Positions 26,597 through 35,331 of a DNA stretch of 62,145 nt are shown here, in pieces (the first letter of the stretch is position 1; each line of letters opens with the position of its first letter). The stretch covers positions 1-62,145 of the forward strand of contig JAFYPW010000082.1 of assembly GCA_017559985.1 (NCBI GenBank), in the 5' to 3' direction. A program made the translations under genes and the position numbers. The notes beneath the pieces were generated by a model. The model searched no databases and was not told the DNA's origin. It saw only the letters and a list, made by a program, of their open reading frames with translations. This stretch comes from Oscillospiraceae bacterium (GTDB lineage Bacteria > Bacillota > Clostridia > Oscillospirales > JAAYXM01).

Positions 26597-27682
26597 ATGG
26601 CATACATAAATTTGGACGTTGCAAGTCTTCGCAAATATTGTGAGGACATCTTCGTAAAGCGCGGCTACTCCGCAGAAGACAGCGCAGCTATCACAGACGT
26701 TCTTCTCACAGCAGACCTCTATGGCATTGAGTCACACGGTGTTCAGCGCCTTATAAGATATCACCTCGCAATCGAGGAGGGTTCCATTGTTCCTAATGTA
26801 GAGCCTGAGGTTGTCCACGAGACACCTGTTTCCGCGGTGCTTGATGCTCCGAAGTCAATGGGTCAGGTTGTTGCCAAGAAGGCTATGGAAATGGCTATTG
26901 AAAAGGCAAAGAAGACAGGCTTTGGCGTTGTATGTGTCCGCGGCTCAAACCACTACGGTATCGCGGGCTACTACACACAGATGGCAGCTGATAACGATAT
27001 GATCGGTATTAGTATGACAAACACAGAAGCAATCGCCATTCCGACATACGGCAAAAAGGCGATGCTCGGCACAAGCCCGATTGCGGTTGCAATGCCGGCA
27101 GACCCGGTTGACTTCTGGTTTGATGCAGCAACAACAGTTATCACACGCGGCAAGCTTGAAGTTTACCGTAAGAAGGAGCTTCCGCTTCCGCAGGGCTGGG
27201 TTGCAGACGAAAACGGTGCAGACTGTGACGATGCAAACCGCGTGCTCAAAAACATCATCGGCAAGCTCGGTGGCGGTATCTTCCCGCTTGGCGGATTCTC
27301 CGAAGAAACAGGCTCACACAAGGGCTACGGCCTCGGCATCATCGTTGAGCTCTTCACTGCTATCGCAACAGGCGGTACAACCTCCCCGCACGTTAAAAAC
27401 AGCGGTAATGCTGACACCTCCTTCTGCCTTATGGCTATTGACTACGGCATTTTCGGCGATAAGAAGGAAATGAAGGCACGTATGTCAAACCTTCTCCAGG
27501 AGCTTCGCGAGAGCCCCAAGGCTGATGGCCACGACAGAATTTACACACACGGTGAAAAGGAAGTTGAGTCCAAGGCACAGAAGCTTTGTGACGGTGTTCC
27601 GGTCAATGAAAAAACGCTCCAGGAGCTCCGTGATATCGGTGCTTCCCAGGGTCTTAACTTTGACGACTACTTCACACTTTAA
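26597..27682 (+). CDS. Ldh_2-family (malate/L-lactate/sulfolactate dehydrogenase-type) oxidoreductase
   Basis: 361 aa with G..SHGV.R, typical length and motif order. Confidence 0.78.
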   Translation: MAYINLDVASLRKYCEDIFVKRGYSAEDSAAITDVLLTADLYGIESHGVQRLIRYHLAIEEGSIVPNVEPEVVHETPVSAVLDAPKSMGQVVAKKAMEMAIEKAKKTGFGVVCVRGSNHYGIAGYYTQMAADNDMIGISMTNTEAIAIPTYGKKAMLGTSPIAVAMPADPVDFWFDAATTVITRGKLEVYRKKELPLPQGWVADENGADCDDANRVLKNIIGKLGGGIFPLGGFSEETGSHKGYGLGIIVELFTAIATGGTTSPHVKNSGNADTSFCLMAIDYGIFGDKKEMKARMSNLLQELRESPKADGHDRIYTHGEKEVESKAQKLCDGVPVNEKTLQELRDIGASQGLNFDDYFTL

Positions 27683-27686
27683 TAAC

Positions 27687-27719
27687 AAAAAGCAGCAGTG
27701 CATTCCACTGCTGCTTTTT
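27687..27719. terminator. Bidirectional rho-independent terminator
   Basis: aaaagcagcagtg cattc cactgctgctttt. Confidence 0.85.
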
Positions 27720-27722
27720 ATG

Positions 27723-28451
27723 TTACTTACGAAGCTTTCTGCAATATTGAGTGCAGAGCTTGTCGGTGCATTCCGAGCACCGCAGCGCCATATTGCTGTT
27801 TTCCCAGAACCTTTCGGGATAGGTGAAAATGCAAAGCTCCCAGACAAGCCATATGATGAATGAAAAGCCTGCAAGTGTCCACGAAAAGAAGCCGGGGATT
27901 ACGATAAGCGGTGTGAACATCATAAGATGGTCCCAGTTGAAAATGCGGCAGGTTGTGCAGCATTTGTTCTTCATAATAAGCCTGAACGGGCACCAGATAA
28001 GAACGCATATAAGGTCGCAGACATAGAAGAGGACGGATATAAGAACGAGCGTGGCGACATCAAATACGCCTGCAAAGTACAGCGCAAAGATAACGGCGTT
28101 GAGAAAAATCCACAAAAGCATTACCTTGTATGCGGAGGCGGTAGTGTCGAGAATATATTTTTTTAAGTTTTTTCGGTTAATCTTTTCTTTGATGGGGCGG
28201 AAAAGTGAAGGGAACTGCTTTTGCGAGCCTATCGAAATGTGTGCTTTGATGGGAATAAGCTGCAAAATCATATCCCATATCCATATGCCCCATAGAATAT
28301 GCAGAGGGGAGAAACGGTCAAAAAAACGAAGCCCGACCGCTATGTCAAAATCCGCTCTGCGAAAGGCATATAAAAGCGCGGTGATGAGAAATATCACGCA
28401 TCTGCCAAAAAGGCGGAGAAAATATATTTTTCTTGTTTTAGATGTCTGCAT
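27723..28451 (-). CDS. Polytopic membrane protein of unknown function with Cys-rich motifs (CCTTC, CSEC...C...C)
   Basis: 242 aa, at least 5 hydrophobic helices. SD gaggag 6 nt before the ATG, and its own promoter candidate. Confidence 0.6.
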   Translation of the reverse strand: MQTSKTRKIYFLRLFGRCVIFLITALLYAFRRADFDIAVGLRFFDRFSPLHILWGIWIWDMILQLIPIKAHISIGSQKQFPSLFRPIKEKINRKNLKKYILDTTASAYKVMLLWIFLNAVIFALYFAGVFDVATLVLISVLFYVCDLICVLIWCPFRLIMKNKCCTTCRIFNWDHLMMFTPLIVIPGFFSWTLAGFSFIIWLVWELCIFTYPERFWENSNMALRCSECTDKLCTQYCRKLRK

Positions 28452-28485
28452 AGATGCTCCTCTGAAATTTTCTTTATATACTGTT

Positions 28486-28513
28486 ATTTTACCATAAAAA
28501 GCATTTCTGTCAA
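28486..28513 (-). promoter_or_regulatory. Sigma-A promoter candidate (TTGACA-16-TAAAAT) for the Cys-rich membrane protein
   Basis: Read on the minus strand: ttgaca gaaatgctttttatgg taaaat. Confidence 0.5.
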
Positions 28514-28522
28514 ATGTAATGA

Positions 28523-29383
28523 CTATGAGTTTTTAAGAGTTTTTTTGAACTCGTTTGGAGAAACTCCCATAATTTTTTTGAAATTGCGATAGAATGTTGA
28601 AAAGTCACTGTATCCACAGAGCCCGTAGATGGCGGTTATTTTATAACCGTCTTTTATGTATTCTGTGGCTTTTTTTATCCGGCACATATTGAGATAGCTG
28701 TTGAATGAATGACCGGTAAGTTCACAAAAAAGCTTGCAAAAACTGTTTTTTGACATAGCAGAGCGTTTTGAAATTTCTTCAAGAGTTATTGGCTCTGTAA
28801 AATTGTTTTTAATGTATTCTATGCAATGTAAAACGAATTGTTTGCTGTTGTCAAAATGTTGCGGCAACGAGTTTTCTTCAAAATAGTTGCGCGCAAGAAC
28901 AGCTACCAGCAAAACGGTGCAGGAGTGAATAACCTCATTAAAACCTATTTTTTTGCCGGTGAATTCGTGGAGTATTCTTTCCATTATGGATTCAATATAA
29001 AATATGTCCTCCGGATTGACCTTGACTTTCGTGAGAATATTTTTTTTCGTAAGAAGATTGCGGAGAAAAATAGCCGTGAGCTTATTGTGCCGGTTTGTCT
29101 CACCTAAAAAATCCGGCATAAAGGAAAAAGAATAAAACTCGGTGCCGGGTTTTGAGGATATACGATGCACGACACCGGGCGGAATGATAAACATATCGCC
29201 CTGATGCAGGTCAGAGGATTTGTCGTCTATGTAATGGGAAAGACAGCCTTTTGCAACATAATATATCTGAAAATACTCGTGAGTGTGAGGCTTTTTGGCT
29301 TCTGTCGCGTTTTTTACTTTCTGAATATGAAAATCTTCCGTGGAGTTATTGTAATATGACAGCGCAAAGTTTTTATAATCCAA
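28523..29383 (-). CDS. AraC-family transcriptional regulator (cupin sensor plus HTH)
   Basis: A GDMFIIPPGV.H cupin motif and a C-terminal HTH. TTG start at 29383 preceded by GGAGG. Confidence 0.8.
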   Translation of the reverse strand: MDYKNFALSYYNNSTEDFHIQKVKNATEAKKPHTHEYFQIYYVAKGCLSHYIDDKSSDLHQGDMFIIPPGVVHRISSKPGTEFYSFSFMPDFLGETNRHNKLTAIFLRNLLTKKNILTKVKVNPEDIFYIESIMERILHEFTGKKIGFNEVIHSCTVLLVAVLARNYFEENSLPQHFDNSKQFVLHCIEYIKNNFTEPITLEEISKRSAMSKNSFCKLFCELTGHSFNSYLNMCRIKKATEYIKDGYKITAIYGLCGYSDFSTFYRNFKKIMGVSPNEFKKTLKNS

Positions 29384-29421
29384 CAAAATCACCTCCGGAA
29401 CATTATAACATATTTTAAACA

Positions 29422-29452
29422 AAATGCAATAATATTTTCACGAAATGCAATA
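29422..29452. promoter_or_regulatory. Direct repeat aaatgcaata x2 with 21-bp periodicity: candidate AraC-type operator overlapping the -35 region of the plus-strand operon
   Basis: Copies at 29422-29431 and 29443-29452. An extended -10-like tgtGATACT lies at 29468-29476. Confidence 0.5.
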
Positions 29453-29500
29453 TAAGCACGATGCCTTTGTGATACTATTAGTAAGAAAGGACGTGTAGAT

Positions 29501-30820
29501 ATGAAAATAGTTGCGTTAAACGGACTTCTGGGTTATGGTTACAGTGAAGAAGCACTCAACCTTGCATTTTCAGAAAAGGTGGATTATCTTGGTGTTGATG
29601 CAGGATCAACAGACCCGGGCCCATATTATCTGGGGAGCGGAAAGTCTTTTACCGACAGGGGAGCGGTCAAGAGAGATCTGACACTCGCTCTTCCAAAAGC
29701 TCTTGAACACAAAGCACCTTTTATAATAGGTACGGCAGGCGGTGCGGGAAGTGAGCTTCATGTAAGGTGGCTTAAAGATATTCTGCTTGAAATTGCAACG
29801 GAAGAAAAGTTGAGTTTTAAGCTTGGCACAGTTTTAAGCGATGTCAGAACAGAATATGTGCTTGAAAAGCTTGATGGCGGGAAAATGATTGATATGAGCA
29901 GTGAGTTTCCGGCTGATAGAAGTGCAATAAAGGACAGCGTTCGTATTGTGAGCCAGGTTGGTATTGCTCCCATTATAGAATTGCTTAAAAAAGGCGCAGA
30001 TGTAATTATATGCGGACGCGCATGCGACACGGCTATTTACGCAGCACCTTGTATCTATGAAGGATTTAACGAAGGCCTTTCTTTCCATATGGCAAAGATT
30101 ATGGAGTGCGGTGCAATGTGTTCGGAACCTGTTGCAGCGGCAGATGTAATGCAAGGATATATATATGACGAGTATTTTGAACTTCGCCCTGCAAATCCCG
30201 TTCGCCGATGCACCGTTGACAGAGTTGCAGCCCACACACTTTACGAACAGTCAAACCCGTACCTGATTTATGAGCCTGATGGCGTTTGCGACCTTACGAA
30301 TTCAAGGTTTGAGCAGGTTGATGAGCGCACCGTCAGAGTTTCGGGTTCGGTTTTCAGGGAAGCAGAAGAAAAGACCTTAAAGCTTGAAGGTGTTAAATGT
30401 TCGGGTTTCAGAACTATCTGCCCTGCAACAATTTATGATTCTGAAACTGTTAAAAATATTGATCTGATAATAAAGACCGTAACCGACTTTGTCAAAGAAA
30501 ACACCCAAAATACACTTCCCAAAGACAGCTACACTATCAACTTCAAATTAAGCGGCGGAGTAGACAGCTCACTTGGCATAATTATGGATATAGTAGGAAA
30601 AACGCAGGAAATCGCTGACACGGTCTGTGCGCTCGCGCGAAGCCGTATGCTTCATTGCGACTATGACGGAAGAAAATCCACGGCGGGCAATCTCGCGTTT
30701 CCGTTTTCGCCGTCGGATATTCACGTAGGAGAGGTTTATGAGTTTTCGGTGTTCCATCTTGTTAAAGTTGATTCGCTTCTGGAAACTGCACAAATAACCA
30801 CGGAGGTAGTTGGCAAATGA
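29501..30820 (+). CDS. AtuA-like (acyclic terpene utilisation, DUF1446) family protein
   Basis: 439 aa. The N-terminal G.LGYG.....L.......D.LG.DAGS.DPGP.YLG pattern is one I associate with DUF1446. Confidence 0.72.
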   Translation: MKIVALNGLLGYGYSEEALNLAFSEKVDYLGVDAGSTDPGPYYLGSGKSFTDRGAVKRDLTLALPKALEHKAPFIIGTAGGAGSELHVRWLKDILLEIATEEKLSFKLGTVLSDVRTEYVLEKLDGGKMIDMSSEFPADRSAIKDSVRIVSQVGIAPIIELLKKGADVIICGRACDTAIYAAPCIYEGFNEGLSFHMAKIMECGAMCSEPVAAADVMQGYIYDEYFELRPANPVRRCTVDRVAAHTLYEQSNPYLIYEPDGVCDLTNSRFEQVDERTVRVSGSVFREAEEKTLKLEGVKCSGFRTICPATIYDSETVKNIDLIIKTVTDFVKENTQNTLPKDSYTINFKLSGGVDSSLGIIMDIVGKTQEIADTVCALARSRMLHCDYDGRKSTAGNLAFPFSPSDIHVGEVYEFSVFHLVKVDSLLETAQITTEVVGK

Positions 30821-31116
30821 AAAAGCTTATAGATTATACGAAAATTCTGAGAAGCAAAAACGCAGGACCTCTTTTTATTACGTTTGACCTCATTTTCAAT
30901 ACAAAAGAAGATATGGAATATGTAGAAAAGAGGCTCAGGAAGGAAGAAATTGCAAGAGTATATGATGTAAAGGAAAATGCGATTGACATAATTTCTTACG
31001 GAGTTGTAAATTCCATAAAAATAACCTTTCCGCGAAAAAACATAAGCGGAAGTCTTGAAGACAGTGATATATACGGTTGCCAACAGCATATGCCACTTGC
31101 AAATATTTTAATTTAA
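30817..31116 (+). CDS. DUF4387-family protein (usual partner of DUF1446)
   Basis: 99 aa with RSKNAGP and D.YG.QQH motifs. The start overlaps the upstream stop (ATGA). Confidence 0.68.
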   Translation: MKKLIDYTKILRSKNAGPLFITFDLIFNTKEDMEYVEKRLRKEEIARVYDVKENAIDIISYGVVNSIKITFPRKNISGSLEDSDIYGCQQHMPLANILI

Positions 31117-31164
31117 AATATGAATTGGTTCGTAAGAAACATATGGTGACAGAGGTGAAGTTTA

Positions 31165-32082
31165 ATGATTAAAACAGAAATATATGAAAAGGCACTCTTT
31201 GAAACGATTAAACGTGGAGCAACGGAAATTTCTCCTGATGTAAAAGATGCTTTCATTAAAGCGATTGAAAGGGAAGAAAATCCCGATGCCAAAAACGGAT
31301 TAGAGGCCACATTGAAAAGTATGGAAATGTCCAAAGAAAGGGAAAATCCACTTTGCGTTGATACAGGTTGGCCGATTTTTTACTTTAAGGTCGGTAACCA
31401 ATGTGAGCTCGAAGGCGGGTTTGTTGAACTTGAAAATGCGGCGCGCAGAGCCGTTGCAAAGGCGACAGAACTCGGATATTTAAGAGCTACTATGAAGCAC
31501 CCTTTAACAGGCTATGACCCCGGAAACAATATAGGTATGAACATCCCCGATTTCACGTATCAGTTTGTCGAGGGTGATGCCATAGAGATATCGTATGCGG
31601 CAAAAGGCGGCGGAAGCGAGTGTTTTGGCGGCACACGCCACAGGATTGTTGCTTTTGCTGATGGCATAAAGGGAATTGAAAAGTTCGTAATTGAAAGTTT
31701 TGTCGCATCGGCTCGTGCGGGTGCAGTCTGTCCGCCATCGGTTCTTGGCATCGGTATCGGAGGGACGGCAAATGTTGCGGCGAATCTGGCAAAAGAGGCA
31801 GCCTGTTTAAGAACTGTCGGGTCAAAACACCCCGACCCGATGTTTGCAAAAATAGAAGAGGATTTGTATAAAGCCATAAACAGTCTCGGGATAGGTATTT
31901 TAGGAGCGGGCGGCACAACATCGGTTCTTGCGGTCAATGTCGAGTATGCATATACCCACATAGCAGGAATTGCGTGTGCAACAAGCACTAACTGTATGGT
32001 TGCGCGCCGTGCATCCTCAAAAATAGAGGCTGACGGAACGGTAAGAAAAATGATGAGCCCAAACTGGTTTGGCGACAGATAG
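31165..32082 (+). CDS. Fe-S hydro-lyase alpha subunit (class I fumarate hydratase / L(+)-tartrate dehydratase TtdA type)
   Basis: 305 aa. Contains C.DTG.P and a conserved Cys-containing N-terminal hydro-lyase domain pattern. Confidence 0.8.
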   Translation: MIKTEIYEKALFETIKRGATEISPDVKDAFIKAIEREENPDAKNGLEATLKSMEMSKERENPLCVDTGWPIFYFKVGNQCELEGGFVELENAARRAVAKATELGYLRATMKHPLTGYDPGNNIGMNIPDFTYQFVEGDAIEISYAAKGGGSECFGGTRHRIVAFADGIKGIEKFVIESFVASARAGAVCPPSVLGIGIGGTANVAANLAKEAACLRTVGSKHPDPMFAKIEEDLYKAINSLGIGILGAGGTTSVLAVNVEYAYTHIAGIACATSTNCMVARRASSKIEADGTVRKMMSPNWFGDR

Positions 32083-32092
32083 GAGGATATAT

Positions 32093-32716
32093 ATGGAAGA
32101 ATATCATTTGACATCACCTCTGACGGATGAAGATGTTTCAAAGCTCAGATTGGGAGATACTGTTTACATAAGCGGTGAGTGCTTCACCTGTCGGTCAAGG
32201 CTGCAAAAATACATTTTCGACGAAAACAATGTTTTGCCGTTTGATACCAAAGACAGAAACATTTTAATACATAACGGACCTATCGTTGTAAAAGAGAACG
32301 GAAAGTGGCGTCTCGTTTCATTTATGCCCACATCAAGCATCCGCTTTGAAAAATGGGGAGCGAAAAGTGTGGATGAGTGGAATTTGAAAATGATTGTAGG
32401 TAAAACAACAATGGGAGCAAAAACTGCCGCAATGATGAAAGAGAAAAAGTGTGTCCACGTTTCTCCTCGCTCGGTAAGTCCCAATTTATGGATTGATTCA
32501 ATAGAGGTTCAGGATGTTCATCTCTATGATGAGCTTGGAAGAATAGAGGCTGCGTGGTTTTTCAAACTGAATGATCTGGGACCGTTTATCGTGGATATAG
32601 ATTGTGAAGGAAACAACTATTTCGACAAGCTTGACAGAAAAATTGAAGAAAACAAACAGACGGCTTTAAAAGAGCTCGGGATAGACGACTCTTTTGAATT
32701 TACAAAATTATACTGA
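32093..32716 (+). CDS. Fe-S hydro-lyase beta subunit (fumarate hydratase C-terminal / TtdB type)
   Basis: Start at ATG 32093 after SD aggagg. Contains G....ISG....RD..H-like swivel-domain motifs. Confidence 0.8.
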   Translation: MEEYHLTSPLTDEDVSKLRLGDTVYISGECFTCRSRLQKYIFDENNVLPFDTKDRNILIHNGPIVVKENGKWRLVSFMPTSSIRFEKWGAKSVDEWNLKMIVGKTTMGAKTAAMMKEKKCVHVSPRSVSPNLWIDSIEVQDVHLYDELGRIEAAWFFKLNDLGPFIVDIDCEGNNYFDKLDRKIEENKQTALKELGIDDSFEFTKLY

Positions 32717-32723
32717 ATAATTT

Positions 32724-32759
32724 AAAGGACAGCCTTTGTGACAATGAAGGTTGTCCTTT
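32724..32759 (+). terminator. Hairpin after the hydro-lyase operon
   Basis: aaaggacagcct / aggttgtccttt, 12 bp with one G-U pair. Confidence 0.55.
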
Positions 32760-32779
32760 AAAATTTCATATGATATAAT
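32751..32779 (+). promoter_or_regulatory. Sigma-A promoter candidate for alaX (TTGTCC-17-TATAAT with TG extension)
   Basis: ttgtcc at 32751-32756 and tgaTATAAT ending at 32779. Confidence 0.6.
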
Positions 32780-32820
32780 GAAGCAGTGATGGTTGAATTG
32801 TAAAAAACTCCAGAAGAGGT

Positions 32821-33984
32821 ATGAGTGTTATGACAGAACGTCTTTATGAAAAGGATTCATATTGCCGTGAGTTTGAAGCAACTGTTGTTTCTTGCGAAAA
32901 AAACGGAGACTTATATGATGTTGTGCTTGACCGGACTGCCTTCTTTCCTGAAGGCGGAGGGCAGTATGCAGACAAGGGAACAGTGGATGGAATAGCGGTT
33001 GAGGATGTTCAGATACACAATGGTATTGTAGTACATAAGATGCCGTGTGCGCTCGAATGTGGCAGAAAAGTCACCGGCAGGATTGATTGGGAAATCAGGT
33101 TTTGCCGTATGCAACGCCATTCGGGAGAGCACATCCTTTCAGGCGTTGTTCATTCGCTTTTTGGCTACAATAACGTGGGTTTTCATATGAGCGAACGGGA
33201 AATGACTGTCGATTTTGATGGTGTTTTTTCACCCGGAGATATAGAAAACGTCGAAAAGGCCGTCAATTCCGTGGTGTGGAAAAACCTTAAAATTACAATA
33301 TCTTATCCGACTGACGATGAAGAAAAAACTGTTTCGTACAGAAGCAAACTCGAAAATATCGAGAATTTGCGCCTTGTCACGATAGAAGATACAGACTGCT
33401 GCGCCTGCTGTGCTCCTCACGTTTCAAGAACGGGGGAGATAGGCATAGTCAAGGTTATTGACTCGACGCCAAACAAGGGCGGAACACGGCTTACGGTACT
33501 TGCCGGTGCTACGGCACTGCACGACTATTCTGAGCTTAATCGCGCAAATAAACAGATGATGAAAACTCTCTCTGTGCCGAGAGAAGATGTCTCCGCGGCG
33601 GCGGAAAGGCAGGTAGAGCTTGTCAGTTCACTCCGATATGAGAATCAGGAACTTGCAAAGCGTCTTGCGTGGAGCGAACTGTCTGTGATAAAGATAAACA
33701 GCTCCGCAATTTCATTTGCCGAAAATCTGTCGTATGAGGAGCTTCGCCATTGTTCGAATATGTTGATGGAGCAAGGGTGTGAAGTCTGTTTGCTTTTTTC
33801 GACAAACGACCGCGAAAATTATATATACGTCGTGAGTGGGGTGCGCGATATAAGAGCGATTGTAAAAAGCCTCAACGACACATTTGACGGCAAAGGTGGC
33901 GGAAAACCGAATTATGCTCAGGGGAAAATAGTTTCCGGGTCGACCGAAACGATCAGGACCTTTGCAGAAGAAATATTGAAATGA
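32821..33984 (+). CDS. alaX: Alanyl-tRNA editing protein, AlaX-L type (editing domain plus DHHA1)
   Basis: Zinc motifs HSGEH and CCACCAPH, and a C-terminal GKGGGKP..AQG. The start could instead be ATG 32830. Confidence 0.8.
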   Translation: MSVMTERLYEKDSYCREFEATVVSCEKNGDLYDVVLDRTAFFPEGGGQYADKGTVDGIAVEDVQIHNGIVVHKMPCALECGRKVTGRIDWEIRFCRMQRHSGEHILSGVVHSLFGYNNVGFHMSEREMTVDFDGVFSPGDIENVEKAVNSVVWKNLKITISYPTDDEEKTVSYRSKLENIENLRLVTIEDTDCCACCAPHVSRTGEIGIVKVIDSTPNKGGTRLTVLAGATALHDYSELNRANKQMMKTLSVPREDVSAAAERQVELVSSLRYENQELAKRLAWSELSVIKINSSAISFAENLSYEELRHCSNMLMEQGCEVCLLFSTNDRENYIYVVSGVRDIRAIVKSLNDTFDGKGGGKPNYAQGKIVSGSTETIRTFAEEILK

Positions 33985-34022
33985 AGTCACAAAAGCTTTA
34001 ACGTCAAACACGGAGGTTTTAT

Positions 34023-34973
34023 ATGAAAATCGCAATTTTAGATAAATGTACGGTGACAAAGGGTGATGTTTCGCTTTCTGAAATATCATCGCTCGGGGAA
34101 ACCGTTTTTTACGACGTTGTTCCGGATGACGAAATTGCCGGAGCGATAGGAGATGCCGATGCGGTCATCTGCAACAAGGCTCGCATAACAGCGGAGGTTA
34201 TGTCAAAATGCAAAAACCTTAAATATGTCGGGCTTTTTGCAACCGGATACAACAACATTGACATTGCATATGCGCGTGAGCACGGCATATGTGTATGCAA
34301 TGTTCCGGGGTATTCGACAAACGCCGTTGCGCAGATGACATTCTCGTTCATTCTCGCGCTTTCGGGAAGTCTTTGTGACTACACAAACTCAACGCGCGAG
34401 GGCGGCTGGATAAAGTCTTCGACATTTTCATATTTCCCGTTTCCGATTTTTGAACTTGCAGGCAAAACTCTCGGCATTTTCGGCTTTGGAAACATAGGCC
34501 GTGAGGTGGCGAAAATCGGAGAAGCTTTTCATATGAACATTCTCGTTTCCACGCGCACACCGTCAAAATGCACGGAGTATGAGTGCGTCGGAGTTGAGGA
34601 GCTTTTTGAAAGGGCTGACTTTCTGACGCTTCACGCACCGCTCACACCCGAAACCGAGCGGGTTGTAAATGAGAAGACACTCTCCCTTATGAAGAGTTCG
34701 GCATACCTTATAAACACTTCGCGCGGCGGTGCGGTTGACGAACGGGCTCTTGCACGCGCGCTTAATGAGGAGAGACTTGCAGGTGCGGGCATTGACGTGC
34801 TGACGTGTGAGCCGATGGAAAAAGAAAATCCGCTTCGCCTTGCGAAAAACTGTCTTATAACGCCGCATATTGGCTGGGCACCGATAGAAACGCGCCGCCG
34901 TCTTATGACGCTGGTTGCAGAAAATATCAGCGCGTGGATGGGCGGAAACCCGAAAAACGTTGTAAGTAAATAA
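34023..34973 (+). CDS. D-isomer-specific 2-hydroxyacid dehydrogenase (glycerate dehydrogenase-like)
   Basis: 316 aa with GIFGFGNIG Rossmann motif, RGG.VDE and PH.G motifs. Confidence 0.85.
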   Translation: MKIAILDKCTVTKGDVSLSEISSLGETVFYDVVPDDEIAGAIGDADAVICNKARITAEVMSKCKNLKYVGLFATGYNNIDIAYAREHGICVCNVPGYSTNAVAQMTFSFILALSGSLCDYTNSTREGGWIKSSTFSYFPFPIFELAGKTLGIFGFGNIGREVAKIGEAFHMNILVSTRTPSKCTEYECVGVEELFERADFLTLHAPLTPETERVVNEKTLSLMKSSAYLINTSRGGAVDERALARALNEERLAGAGIDVLTCEPMEKENPLRLAKNCLITPHIGWAPIETRRRLMTLVAENISAWMGGNPKNVVSK

Positions 34974-34977
34974 AATG

Positions 34978-35005
34978 AATCGGTCGGCAAAGCCGACCGA
35001 TTTTT
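34978..35005. terminator. Bidirectional rho-independent terminator
   Basis: aatcggtcggc aaa gccgaccgatt followed by ttt. Confidence 0.85.
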
Positions 35006-35291
35006 AATGCAGTATAAAGAATAACAGGAAGGAAAGAACCGTAAAGGCGAGGAGACTGCCTGCGGCAACGAGAAATTTTTGTTTGGGAAAGCCGCAGCTG
35101 TCCGAGCAGTTTTTCTTGACGTAGTCATCTGCTATAAGACATGCCTCGCGTATGATTTTTTCTGAATCGATCGCAGAAGCCGAATTTTCGTTGAGTATGA
35201 AAATTGCTTCGTCAAATATGCTGTCAACGGGCGTTTTCACAACTATAACACGTTTGGAGATTCCCTTTACCATACGAAAACTTCCTCTCAA
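35004..35291 (-). CDS. Small protein with a C-terminal TM helix, unknown function, immediately downstream of spoIIE
   Basis: 95-aa ORF, co-oriented with spoIIE, 40-bp gap. Confidence 0.5.
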   Translation of the reverse strand: MRGSFRMVKGISKRVIVVKTPVDSIFDEAIFILNENSASAIDSEKIIREACLIADDYVKKNCSDSCGFPKQKFLVAAGSLLAFTVLSFLLFFILH

Positions 35292-35331
35292 AAAGCGTTT
35301 GCAAACAAATTTTGCCCGTCAGCATAAAGTT

